Assembly (NCBI GenBank): GCA_051294375.1
Contig: CM119266.1
Location: 2,969,812 to 3,033,811 of the forward strand
From: Paraspadella gotoi
Lineage: Eukaryota; Animalia; Chaetognatha
DNA: 64,000 nucleotides
Reading direction: 5' to 3'
The notes beneath the pieces are model-generated. The model made no database searches and was not told the DNA's origin. It saw only the letters and a list, made by a program, of their open reading frames with translations. Position 1 is the first letter of the stretch; the number at the start of each line of letters is the position of its first letter. A program made the position numbers and the translations under genes. Below are positions 51,420 to 64,000 of the stretch, in pieces.

Positions 51420-54400
51420 TTCTCTTCATCTCTCTCTCCCCCTCTCTCTCCTTTCTCTTTCTCTCTCCCCTTTTCGAAACGTCTCTTTATTCATCTCTCT
51501 CTTCATCTCTCTCTCCCCCTCTCTCTCCTTTCTCTTTCACTCTTCCCTTTTCAAAACGTCTCTTTATTCATCTCTCTCTTCATCGATACGTTTCGAAAAG
51601 GGGAGAGAGAAAGAGAAAGGAGAGAGAGGGGGGAAGAGAGAGATGAATAAGAGACGTTTTCGAAAAGGGGAGAGAGAAAGAGAAGGAGAGAGGAAGGGGG
51701 AGAGAGAGATGAATAAAGAGACGTTTCGAAAAGGGGAAGAGAAAGAGAAAGGAGAGAGAGGGGGAGAGAGAGATGAATAAAGAGACGTTTCGAAAAGGGG
51801 AGAGAGAAAGAGAAAGGAGAGAGAGGGGGAGAGAGAGATGAATAAAAGAGACGTTTCGAAAAGGGGAGAGAGAAAGAGAAAGGAGAGAGAGGGGAGAGAG
51901 AGATGAATAAAGAGACTTTTGAAAAGGGAGAGGAGAAAGAGAAAGGAGAGAGAGGGGGAGAGAGAGATAATAAAGAGACGTTTCGAAAAGGGGAGAGAGA
52001 AAGAGAAAGGAGAGAGAGGGGGAGAGAGAATGAATAAAGAGACGTTTTCGAAAAGGGGAGAGAGAAAGAGAAAGGAGAAGAGAGGGGGAGAGAGAAGATG
52101 AATAAAGAGACGTTTCGAAAAGGGGAGAGAGAAGAGAAAGGAGAGAGAGGAGGGGAGAGAGAGATGAATAAAGAGACGTTCTGAAAAGGGAGAGAGAAAG
52201 AGAAAGGAGAGAGAGGGAGAGAGAGGATGAATAAAGAGACGTTTCGAAAAGGGGAGAGAAAGAGAAAGGAGAGAGAGGGGAGAGAGAGATGAAATAAAGA
52301 GACGTTTCGAAAAGGGGAGAGAGAAAGAAGAGAAGGAGAGAGAGGGGAGAGAGAGATGATAAAGAGACGTTTCGAAAAAGGGGAGAGGAAAGAGAAAGGA
52401 GAGAGAGGGGAGAGAGATCTGAAGAGAGTGAATAAAGAGACGTTTCGAAAAGGGGAGAGAGAAAGAAGAAGGAAGAGAGAGGGGGAGAGAGAGATGAATA
52501 AAGAGGAGACGTTTCGAAAAGGGGAGAGAGAAAGAAGAAGGAGAGAGAGGGAGAGAGAGATGAATAAAAGAGACGTTTCGAAAAGGGGGAGAGAGAAAGA
52601 GAAAGGAGAGAGAGGGGGAGAGAGAATTGAAGGAGAGAGTATGAAAGAGAAAGGAGAGAGAGGGGGAGAGAGAGATGAAAGAGAGATGAAATAAAGAGAC
52701 TTTGAAAAGGGGAGAGAGAAAGAGAAAGGAGAGAAGGGGAGAGAGGAGATGATAAAAGAGCGTTCAAGAAAGGGGAGAGAGAAAGAGAAAGGAGAGAGAG
52801 GGGGAGAGAGAGATGAATAAAGAGACGTTTCGAAAAAGGGAGGAGAGAAAAAAGAGAGAAGGAGAGGAGAGGGGGAGAGAGAGATGAATAAAGAAGACGT
52901 TTTCGAAAAGGGGAAGAGAAAAAGAGAAAGGAGAGAGAGGGGGAAGAGGAGATGAATAAAGAGAGACGTTTGAAAGGGGAGAGAGATAAAAAAGAGAAGG
53001 AAGAGAGAGGGGAGAGAGAGATGAATAAAGAGACTTTTGAAAAGGAAGGGGGAAAGAGAAAGAGAGGAGAGAGGGGGAGGAGAGAGATGAATAAAGAGAC
53101 GTTTCGAAAAGGGAGAGAGAGAATAGAGAAAGGAGAGAGAGAGGGGAGAGAGAGAGAGAGATAAATAAAGAAGACGTTTTCGAAAAAGGGGAAGGAGAAA
53201 GAGGAAGAGAGGAGAGAGGGGGGAGAGAGAGATGAATAAAAGAGACGTTTTCGAAAAGGGGAGAAAGAGAAAGAGAAAAATGGAAGAGAAAAAAAAAAAG
53301 GAAAAGAAAAAAGAGGAGAAAAAGAAAAGAGGAAAAAGAAAAAAAAATAAAAAACGTAAAAAAAAAAAAAAAGAGAAAGGAGAGAGAGGGGGAGAGAGAG
53401 ATGAATATAAGAGACGTTTCGAAAAGGGAGAGAGAAAGAGAAAGGAGAGAGAGGGAGGGGGGAGAGAGAGATGAATAAAGAGACGTTTCGAAAAGGGGGA
53501 GAGAAAGAGAAAAGAAAGGAGAGAGAGGGGGAGAGAGGGAGAGATGAATAAAGAGACGTTTCGAAAAGGGGGAGAGAGAAGAAAATAGAGAAGGTAAGAA
53601 GAAGGGAGAGAGAGAGTGAATAAAGAGACGTTCGAAAAGGGGAGAGGAAAGAGAAAGGAGAGAGAGGGGGAGAAGAGAGAGATGAATAAAGAGACGTTTC
53701 GAAAAGGGGATGAGAGAAAGAAAGCAGAGAAAGGGAAAGAGAGGGGGGGGGGAGAGAGAGATGAATAATAAGAGACGTTTCGAAAAGGGGAGAGAGAGAA
53801 AGAGAAAGGAGAGAGAGGGGGAGAGAGAGATGAATAAAGAGACGTTTGAAAAGGGGAAGAGAGAAGAGAAAGGAGAGAGAGAGGGGAGAGAGGGAAGAGA
53901 GAATGATGAAAGAGGAGACTGCATGGAGAGAAAAGAGAAAGGGAGAGAGAGGGGAGAGAGGAGAGATGAATAAAGAGACTTTCGAAAAGGGGGAGAGAAA
54001 AGAGAAAGGAGAGAGAGGGGGAGAGAGAAGAGATGAATAAAAAGAGACGTTTTCGAAAAGGGGAGAAGAGAAAGAGAAAGGAGAGAAGGGGTGAGAGAGA
54101 GAGAATAAAAGAGGACTTTTTGAAAGGGGAGAGAGAAAGGAAGGAGAGAGAGGGAGGAGAGGGGTAGAGAGATGAATAAAGAGACGTTTCGAAAAGGGAG
54201 AGAGAGAAGAGAAAGAGAGAGAGGGGGAGGAGAGAGATTGAATAAAGAGACTTTCGAAAAGGGGAGAAGAGAAAGAGAAAGGGGAGAGAGGAGGGGAGAG
54301 AGAGATGAGAGATGAATAAAGAGGAGTTTGAAAAGGGGAGAGAGAAAAAGAAAGGGAGAGAGGGGAGGGGGGAGAGGGAGAGAGAATGAAAGAGAGAGAG

Positions 54401-57400
54401 AGTAAGGTAATGACGTTTCGATCGAAAAGGGGAGAGAGAAAAGAAAAGAAAGGAGAAGATGAGAGGGGAGGAGGGGAAGAGGAGAGATGAATAAAGAGAT
54501 TTTGAAAAGGGGAGAGAGAAAGAAGAGAAAGGAGAGAGAGGGGAGAAGAGATGAGAAGTGAATAAAGAGACGTTTCGAAAAGGGGAGAGAGAGAAAGAGA
54601 AAGGAGAAGAGAGGGGAGAGAGAAGAAGATGAATAAAGAGACGTTTCGAAAAGGGGAGAGAAAAGAAGGAAGAGGAGAGAGGGGGGAGAGGAGTGAATAA
54701 GAGAGACATTTTGAAAAACGGGGTGAAAGAGAGAAAGAGAAGGAGAGAGAGGGGGAGAGAGAGATGAATAAAGAGACGTTTCGAAAAGGGGAGAGAGAGA
54801 AAGAGAAAGGAGAGAGAGGGGGAGAGAGTGAGGAAGGAGATGAATAAAGAGACGTTTCGAAAAGGGGAGAGAGAAAGAGAGAAGGAGAGAGAGGGGGGAG
54901 AGAGAAGATGAATAAAAGAGACGTTTCGAAAGGAGGAGAGAGAAAGAGAAAGGAGAGAGGGGGGAGAGAGAAAAAGATGAATAAAGGACGTTTCGATGGG
55001 GGGGGAGAAGAGAAAAGGGAGGAAGGGAGAGGAGAGAGAGAGGAGATGAATAAAGAGACGTTCGAAAAGGGGAGGAGAAAGAGAAAGGAGAGAGAGGGGG
55101 AGTAGAGAGAGATGAATTAAAAGAGAACGTTCGAAAAGGGGAGAGAGAAAGAGAAAGGAGAGAGAGGGGAGGAAGAGAGAATAATAGAGACGTTTTCGAA
55201 AAGGGAGAGAGAAAGAGAAAGGAGAGAGAGGGGAGAGAGAGATGAAATAGAGGATGAATAAAGAGACGTTTCGAAAAGGGGAGAGAGAAGAGAAAGGAGA
55301 GAGAGAGGGGGAGGGGAAGAGAGAGATGAATAAAGAGACGTTCGAAAAGGGAGAGAGAAAAAGAGAAAGGAGAGAGAGGGGGAGAGAGAGATGAATAAAG
55401 AGACGTTTTGAAAAGGGGAGAGAGAAAGAGAAGGAGAAGAGAGGGGGAGAGAGGATGATAAGAGACTTTGGAAAAGGGAGAGAGAAGAGAGGGAGAGAGG
55501 AGAGAGAGAAAGAGAGGATGAATAAGAGAAAAAGAAGAGAAAGACATTTGAAAAGGGGAGAGAGAAAGAGAAGAGAGAGAGGGGAAGAGAGATGAATAAG
55601 AGACGTTTTTCGAAAAGGGGAGAGAGAAAGAGAAAGGAGAGAGAGGGGGGAGAGAGAGAAGATGATAAAAAGAGACGTTTCGAAAAGGGAGAGAAGAGAA
55701 AAGAGAAAAGGAGAGAGGGGGAGAGAGAGATGAAAAGAGAGTTCGACGTTTCGAAAAGGGGAGAGAAAGAGAAAGGAGAGAGAGAGGGAGAGAGGATGAA
55801 GAGAGAGACGTTTCGAAAAGGGGAGAGAGAAAGAGAAAGGAGAGAGAGGGGAGAGAGAGATGAAGAAGAGATGAATAAAGAGACGTTTTCGAAAAGGGGA
55901 GAGAGAAAGAAAGGAAAGGAGAGAGAGGGGAGAGAGAGAGAGAGAGAGATGAATAAAGAGACGTTTTGAAAAGGGAGAGGAAAGAAAAGAAGAAAGGAAG
56001 AGAGAGGGAGGAGAGAGAAGAGAATGAATAAAGAGACGTTTCGAAAAGGGGAGAGAGGAAAGAGAAAGGAGAGAAGAGGGCGAGAGGAGAGATGAAATAA
56101 GAGACGTTTCGAAAAGGGAGAGAAAGAGAAGAGAGAGAGGGGAGGGAGAGAGGGAGAGGGAATGAGGGAGAGGTGATGAATAAAGAGACGTTTCGAAAAG
56201 GGGGAGAGAGAAAAGAGAAAGGAGGAGAGAGGGGAGAGAGAAGAGATGAATAAAGAGACGTTTCGAAAAGGGGGAGAGAAAGAGAAAGGAGAGAGAGGGG
56301 GAGAGAATGAAGAGAGAGATGAATAAAGAGACGTTTGCGAAAGGGGAGAGAGAAAAGAGAAAGGAAGGGAAGAGGGGGAGAAGAAGATGAATAAAGAGAC
56401 GTTTCGAAAAGAGGGAGAGAGAAAGAGAAAGGGAGAGAGGGGAGAGAGAGATGAAGAGAGAGATGAATAAAGAGACGTTTCGAAAAGGGGAGAGAGAAAA
56501 GGAGAAAGGAGAGAGGGGGAAGAGAGAGGAGATGAATAGAGACAGTTTTCGAAAAGGGGAGAGAGAAAGAGAAAGGAGAGAGAGAGGGGATGAAGAGAGA
56601 TGAATAAAGAGACGTTTGAAAAGGGAGAGAGAAGAGAAAGGAGAGAGAGGGGGAGAGAGAGATGAGAGAGAGAACTTTCGATGAACGTAGAGAGAAAAGG
56701 GAGAGAGAGGGGGAGAGAGAGATGAATAAAGAGCTTTTGAAAAGGGGGAGAGAGAAGAGAAAGGAGAGAAGAGAGGGGGAGAGGAGAGAGATGAATNNNN
56801 NNNNNNNNNNNNNNNNNNNNNACATTTTGAAAAGCGGGAGAGAGAAAGAAGAAAGCGAGAGAGAGGGGGGAGAGAGATGAAGAGAGAGTATGAATTAAGA
56901 GACGTTTCGAAAAGGGGAGAGAGAAAGAGAAAGGAGAGAGAGGGGGAGAGAGAGATGAATAAAGAGACGTTTCGAAAAGGGGAGAGAGAGAAAAAAAGGA
57001 GGAGAAGAAGGGGGAGAAGAGATGAATAAAGAGACTTTTGAAAAGGGGAGAGAGAAAGAGAAAGGAGAGAGAGGGGGAAGAGAGAGATGAAAAGAGAGAT
57101 GAATTAAGAGACTTTCGAAAAGGGGAGGAGAAAGAGAAAGAGAGAGAGAGGGGAGAGAGAGATGAATAAAGAGACTTTTCGAAAAGGGAGAGAGAGAAAG
57201 AGAAAGGAGAGAGAGGGGGAGAGAGAGATGAAAGAGAGATGAATAAAGAGACTTTTGAAAAGGGGGAGAGAGAAAGAGAAAGGAGAAGAGAGGGGAGAGG
57301 AGAGAGAGAGAGATGAATAAAGAGACGTTTTCGAAAAGGGGAGAGAAAAGAGAAAGGAGAGAGAGGGGGAGAGATGAGAGATGAATAAGAGACGTTTTCG

Positions 57401-58410
57401 AAAAGGGAGAGAGAAAAGAGAAAGGAGAAGAGGGGAGAGAGAGATGAATAAAGAGACTTTTCGAAAAGGGGAGAGAGAAAGAGAAAGGAGAGAGAGGGGA
57501 GAGAGAGAGAAAGAGAGATGAATAAAGAGACTTTTGAAAAGGGGAGAGAGAAAGAGAAAGGAGAGAGAGGGGGAGAGAGAGATGAATAAAGAGACTTTCG
57601 AAAAGGGAGAGAGAAAGAAAGGAGAGAGAGGGGAGAGAGAGAGAAGAAGATGAATAAAGAGACTTTTGAAAAGGGGAGAGAGAAAGAGAAAGGAGAGAGG
57701 GGAGAGAGAGATGAAGAGAGAGATGAATAAAGAGACGTTTTGAAAAGGGGGGGGGGGGAGGTGGAGTCGAAGGGGTGGAGGGGTAGGGAGGTTAGCGAGG
57801 GAGGGGGAGAGAGAAAGAGAAAGGAGAGAGAGGGGAGAGAGAGATGAATAAAGAGACGTTTCGAAAAGGGGAGAGAGAAAGAGAAAGGAGAGAGGAGGGG
57901 AAGAGAGATGAAGAGAGAGATGAATAAAGAGACATTTTGAAAAGGGAGAGAGAAAGAGAAAGGAGAGAGAGGGGGGAGAGAGAGATGAAAGAGAGATGAA
58001 TAAAGAGAGTTTGAAAAGAGGGAGAGAGAAAGAGAAAGGAGAGAGAGGGGGAGAGAGAGATGAAGAGAGAGATGAATAAAGAGACGTTTGAAAAGGGGAG
58101 AGGAGAAAGAGAAAGAGAGAGAGAGGGGGAGAGAGAGATGAGAGAGAGATGAATAAAGAGACGTTTCGAAAAGGGGAGAGAGGAAGAGAAAGGAGAGAGA
58201 GGAGAGGAGAGAGAGATGAATAAAAGAGACGTTTCGAAAAGGGGAGAGAGAAAGAGAAAAGGAGAGAGAGGGGGAGAGAGAGGATGAAAAGAGAGTATGA
58301 ATAAAGAGACATTTTTGAAAAGCGGGAGAGAGAAAAGAAAAGGCCAGGAAGAGATGGGGAAGAGATTTATTCATCTCTCTCTCCCCCTCTCTCTCCTTTC
58401 TCTTTATTCA
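51420..58410. repeat. About 7 kb satellite, 60-65 bp purine-rich unit (gatgaataaagagacgtttcgaaaaggggagagagaaagagaaaggagagagagggggagagaga), about 100 copies, inverted units at both ends
   Basis: Direct inspection; 51420-51582 and 58366-58410 are in the opposite orientation. Confidence 0.98.
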
Positions 58411-59748
58411 TGAGTCTCTCTTATGCAAAAAAGTCGAAACGCAACGACGCGATTTTCTCTCACGCGTCGAGAATTTCTTTCTTTCTTTTTTTATTTTTTC
58501 TTTCTTTCTTTTTCTTTATCAAGTTTCGCTGGTTTTATCATTTCGATCGTCGCTTTTTATCGTCGTTTTTATCGTCGTATTTTTTTTTTTTTTAATCGAC
58601 GAGGCGGAGTCGCGTCGGGAGAGGGGCAGTAGATTGAAGGGCCCAACCCAACCTAATCCAACCCAACCTAATCCAACCCAAAATAATTCTACCCAACTCT
58701 GATAAACCCAACATAACCCAATCTCTTTTGGCCTTTCTTCACCCACTTCGCTTTTGATTAGTTCGCCACACTCTTTCTTTCCCACCTAATTTCCTTTTTC
58801 CTACTCCCCGTTTTTTCTCTCCCAATAGGTGGAGCTCCATGTTTTTTCCCCGGCACCCTCGTTTTGTCGATCCCCTCTCCCCTCCCTTCCCTTCCTCTCT
58901 CCCCTCCCTTCCCCTCTCCCCTCCCCGCTCCGTTTCTCTCTTCCCCCCTCCTCTTTTCTCTCCCTTTTCTTTTTACCTTCGACTTTTTCATGGTCGCTTT
59001 GGGTTTTATTCACTGGATTATGGACCCGAGTTATATTTTTTTTATTTCAAAATTTGGTCGGGAAAAAAACATTTTTATGATCACTAATGACTGTAAATCA
59101 CAGTTAATGACAGTGACAGCAATGTTTACTTCTTTTATATTATTTTATATTATTTTTATATTATTTTTAAATTATACTAACAACGTAACTGTCGTAATTT
59201 GATATTGATAATGATATATTTCGATTTTATTAACGTTTATGAACAAATGAGCATCCATCGTCGACGCGCAAGTTCTCTCGATTTAAATTTTCCCGCGCTC
59301 AGAGTCTCGATCTCATTCGAGTCTTGGTCTCTCCGGGTCAAGTTCGGATCACGTCGAGGATCTGGACGAATACTGTCCGGTTCAAAAGGGAGAGGTCAGT
59401 ACGGAACTCGGCCCGGGTCCAAACTGAGCAGTCGTAGGAAAGGGTCAAGGGTCAAGTCGAAAGGGCGACGTTGCCACTTTGGTTTTGGTTTAGGTCATTC
59501 TGGACATCAACAACATCACCAGATGGTTTACTTGTGGCAAATCGGTGCCAAAATAAGTCAAATTAAAGTCAGAATACTAAAGCGACGGGATCGTCACGAA
59601 ATGGTAGCTCGTCTGACTCCGGATCCCAATTTTGGGTGTTCGAGTCACTTTCGTAAATTCACTTAGACTTTGTCTTTTACGTCGTCGCTTTTAGATATAA
59701 ACTATGTAAATTAAAAAATTCAGTAAAACAAGTTATTATAGAGGGCTG

Positions 59749-59820
59749 AGGCACAGACGGGATTCGAACCCGCGATTTTCGGTTTACAAGACCGACGCCT
59801 TTCCGCTGGGCCACTGCGCC
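59749..59820 (-). tRNA. tRNA-Thr(TGT)
   Basis: GGCGCAG/CTGTGCC acceptor stem, GCC/GGC D stem, TCGGT-CTTGTAA-ACCGA anticodon arm, GCGGG-TTCGAAT-CCCGT T arm; 72 nt. Confidence 0.88.
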
Positions 59821-60544
59821 TGTCTGTAAATTTAGAAAAAACCGAGACTCAATTGAAATAAGGAAAGTATATACCAAAAAAAAAAGAAAAAGAAAAGAAA
59901 ATAAATAAAAAAAAAGAAAAAAAAACAAAAAAAAAGAAAGAAAGAAAAAAAATCATAACAAAAGAAAAATAGAAAAAAAAGAAGAAAAAATCAAAAATCA
60001 AAAAAAAGAAAAAAAGAGAAAAAAAAATCAAAAATAAAAAAAAAAGAAAAAAAGAAGAAAAAAAAATCAAAACAAACGAAAAAAAGGAAAAAAAGAAAAA
60101 AAAGAAAAAAAATCAAAAATCGAAACGAAAGAAAAAAAGAAAAAAAAAGTCATTGACGAAATGAAATCTCGCAAAGGATCCAGGATGAGAATCGCCCACC
60201 GGAAGTGAGTGACGACGACGACGCCCACGACGACGACGAACCCGACAAAGATGCCATGGAAGACGACGACGACGACGACGACTACGACGACGACGCATCG
60301 ATGGACCGAGTGGGTGAGGTAGAAAATTGACACCTTCACCTTCTCCTGTCTCGATGCTGCGCCCTCGTCTCTCGAGACGCACGACCTTACCCCTTACTTA
60401 CACGACCTTACCCCTGACTTCCGCTGCCGCAGAAATCTTCTTCACTTTCCTCTTTTTGAAAACGAGGAGATTGCGACGACAACAACAACAAAATGATGAA
60501 GACGTCAAAAAGTCAAACGGAAACGATTCCGATGCTTATAGAAA

Positions 60545-60740
60545 AAATGACAACGACGACGACAATGATGTCATAAATGACAACGACGATATTAATGATA
60601 ACGACGACGACAATGATATCATAAATGACAACGACGACATCAATGTTAACAACGACGACAATGATATAATCAATGACAGCGACGACATCAATGATAACGA
60701 CGACGACAATGATATAATCAATGACAGCGACGACAATCTA
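60545..60740. repeat. 57-60 bp (GAC/AAC-rich) degenerate tandem repeat
   Basis: Repeated aacgacgacgacaatgatataatcaatgacagcgacgacatcaatgat. Confidence 0.8.
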
Positions 60741-61880
60741 GCGTTAAACGACTTCGTTTCTAATGAATGTTGTAACGACGATTGTGACGTAAACGATGAC
60801 GAAAACGACGACGCCGACGACGACGACGACGACGGACAGACAATAATGATCCCAACGATTGATCCAAAAGACCCCAAGGATCCCGAGGTCGAAATTTGCA
60901 ATCCGAGGTTCGGCGGCGGCGTCGGGGGCGCGGCGGGCGGCAGCGGCGGCGGCCAATTTGGCTGCCGCTGGGACTTAAATGTCAAATAAATTTCACCTTT
61001 TTTTTTTTTTTCCATTCCAGAAAGAAACTAATAAAGCCTTCAGGGAGGAAAAGTCAAAAAGTCAAAAAAAGTAAGTCTGGCAAAAAAAAAAAAAAAGGTA
61101 AGCTACGCCTTTCAAACTACTTCGTTATTTCTTTTAAAAAATTTTCCTTTAATAGTTTGAAGCAGAAAATTGGGAAAAATAAATTTGACTTGACCTTGAA
61201 AAAAAAAAATTATCATATACATTTTCTTAATTCTAGTGAATTTTATATCTGTAAATAGCTTTTCACTTTTTCCTCCGGCTTGGAAGGAAAGGTTGCCAAT
61301 GGCAGAGAGAGAGAGAGAGAGAAGAGAGAGAGAGAAGAGAGAGAGAGAAGAGAGAGTCGTTATCTGCAGATTGATGGAAAGAGGCTGCGAAGCAAAGATT
61401 AGAATCAAGAGGAAAACAAACAGACGAAGCCAAAAGTGAATCCGTGAACAACAACAATGACAATCGCTTTTTTAGTCACTGGCGAAACAGAAACAAAACG
61501 AGGAAACAAAAAAAAAAAAAATGTTTGTACAAAAAAGTCACACAACAACAACATTATTTTGGAAAAGATTAGACTTCGTTCTCCATCAAGATCATAAAGA
61601 TATTTGTTAATTTAATTTGTATTGTGATTCTTCCTTTACGTTGCGTTTGAACATTTAGTGAAAAGGGTTTGAAATAGTTTCTGCAACTATTTTATTTTCA
61701 AAACCAAAGCCGAAAAATGTCCGTTTTCTATTGAAAATAAAAATCGTTGCAGAAAACTATTTCAAAACCATTTTCATTATTGTATTTTTTATGCCAAGCA
61801 AAACAATAATTATAATTTTTTTTAGGAAGCTTCAAACATTAAAAGTTTTTAAAAAAAACTTCATTCTCAGAGACAACTCG

Positions 61881-61952
61881 AAGTAAATAACGGATTTGAA
61901 CCAGCGATGTTCGGTTTACGAGACCGAAGCCTTGCCAGTTGACCACTGCGTC
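61881..61952 (-). pseudogene. Degenerate tRNA-Thr(CGT)
   Basis: Intact TCGGT-CTCGTAA-ACCGA anticodon arm and a 5' half similar to 59749-59820, but the 3' T-stem and acceptor strand do not pair. Confidence 0.75.
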
Positions 61953-62121
61953 ACGTCAGGGTTAAGTAGTTTTTTTAAACTTTCTAAACCAACGTCCGAA
62001 ACAATTCCGACAAATGAAAAAAAATATAATCTCAATCTTATAACAACAACAACTACGAGTACGACGACGACGACGAACAAGAAACAACATCATTAAGGAT
62101 GACTAAAGAAAATATCGCTTC

Positions 62122-62196
<75 letters not shown>

Positions 62197-63440
62197 CTTT
62201 TCTCTCTCATCTTCGATCGCCTCTCACAATATTCGAGTCATATACTTCAGCTCTCCCGAACGCAGCCGTAGACCGGAGCGGCTGCCGACCGACTCACTTC
62301 CGCTCGGATCGGTAAGATTTTTTCTTTCTCTTTTCTCTCTTTCTTTCGATATAATGAAATGACCCTATATTTATTTTATTTTATTTTAATTTTAAAAAAG
62401 GCCTTATCTCTTAAAAAGAGACTCCCGGATCGACCCATGATCTCGAAGGCAGAGAGAAGAGACTCGGCAGTGACGAGAGTAAGAGAGAGAGAAGAGAAAG
62501 TGAGCTTCTGCTGCTCCGATCGGATCGACTCTGCCGCCGCGCGGATCCGGGAGATAAGAAGGAGGAAGAGGAAGAGGAGTAAGAAGAGCCGAGCGAAGTA
62601 AGTCGAAGGCAGAAAGCAGCCGCTCGGCAGCTCCGCGGCTTCTTCCGGACGCTGCGCTCGTACGCGGCTGCTGAGTATACCCATTAGGGTGGAGTGATGA
62701 AAAGATTGAGTGATTGAACATTATTATTTTGCTGCCTATGGACATGTAATTAAAAAATTTAAAATCTTTTTAAAAATTGTTTTAGCATAACAGTATAGTA
62801 AATTCAATTATTTATGTAGTAATATTCTTATAAAATTGTTAAATTTTAAAATATTTTTATTTTATTTTTAAGAACAGATTTGGTTCCCTTTTATAAAATA
62901 TGTTGTATGATATTTCAATGTTTGGATCACAAAAAATGACTAAAACGTTTTAACATATATAAGTTTTTATTACAGAGAATAAAAAGGTCATAAATTTTTA
63001 CTTTTTTTCCCGTTTTAAACACTGAAGATGACAGCATTTTCGATAACATATTTTATATTTTTGATTCAACTTTTTATGAAGAATCTGAATCTTTATTAAA
63101 AGTTTTAAATAAATTAATTTTAAAATTTATTATTTTATAAGGATATTACTATAAATATATTATATTTTACTATTCTGTTCCCGAGACAATATAAACAAAA
63201 TATTTTTGTATCAGATAATCATACTATCTTACATCTAAATATCCTTGTTCGATCATTCAAATATTTTTTTTCTTGAATGCTCCACTCTAATACCCATGGA
63301 ATATTCCAAAGTCGCTAGACTATTACCGCCCGAGAGAGAATTTTTCCTTTCATTTTTTCCCCATTACAGGTTTTCAAAGGATTTAATGAGAAAAAATGGA
63401 GAAAAAAAGGAATAAAAGGGATAAACATAAACAGCGTGTT

Positions 63441-63487
<47 letters not shown>

Positions 63488-63791
63488 AATGTCCACATTC
63501 AGCCGCCGATCAAAATTTGAATTGTAAATTTTTCTTACTTTTTAATTTTTATCCTTTTTTTCTTTTTCTCCATCCATCCAACATTTTTTTCCCTTTTTCT
63601 TTCTCAATTCCCAAAGGGACGCTTGAAACGAAGTGGCGCAACGGTGACGTCACGCCACGGAGGGCGATTTTGCGTTACGCCAAACCGAAGCCCAATTACG
63701 TCAAATAGCGTCAATTTGTAGGCGAACTTACGCGACGTTTGTTCTCAATTCTAACCATACGCGACTTTCTGGATCGACAACAGTATTTTCG

Positions 63792-63886
<95 letters not shown>

Positions 63887-64000
63887 ATGCTCTATTTAAA
63901 CTTAGTCTTTCTCACAATCACCAATCTCGGATTCTCTCACTCGTTCGTTCATGAATTCCCGGTGATTCACGAAAAACGTGAACGGTTCACTCGAGATCGA

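Noticed and set aside
51590-58330. CGAAACGTC in every satellite unit (minus strand) resembling a hammerhead stem III, and a superficial CRISPR-like periodicity
   Set aside because: There is no CTGANGA core or stem II. The intervening sequence is itself repetitive rather than unique spacers, and there are no cas genes.
51551-58374. Very long ORFs of 1052, 1353 and 1085 aa on the minus strand
   Set aside because: They are translations of the pyrimidine strand of the satellite, which is open in several frames because it rarely forms stop codons.

Overview
Repeat-dense, intron-rich animal (invertebrate-like) genomic DNA, AT-rich, saturated with (AG)n, (GAC)n and minisatellites. It has several N gaps and signs of error-prone long-read gap filling. 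Nearly all entries in the ORF track are microsatellite artefacts. What can be supported: (i) a minus-strand rhodopsin-family peptide GPCR of the FMRFamide-receptor-like group, with six exons covering TM4 to the C-terminus (45135-51064), a broken TM4-TM5 junction and no visible TM1-3; (ii) three phase-compatible exons of an uncharacterised low-complexity protein (19742-23491, minus) and several orphan exon candidates; (iii) a tRNA-Thr(TGT) and a degenerate tRNA-Thr(CGT); (iv) Helentron-associated-type and Tc1/mariner-type non-autonomous elements, a 7 kb purine-rich satellite and a duplicated/inverted mosaic in the first 12 kb. The most striking signal is RNA-level. A family of short dispersed elements has a shared 5' motif and a tRNA/Pol III-like head followed by a circularly permuted (type-P5) twister ribozyme fold: one near-complete copy at 39722-39940, a rewired copy at 34769-35023, and truncated pieces at 21093-21212 and 43201-43266, with compensatory changes in the T1 pseudoknot. 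There is also a Penelope-type minimal hammerhead ribozyme overlapped by its own inverted repeat (33547-33721). All structures were folded by eye and none has been tested.
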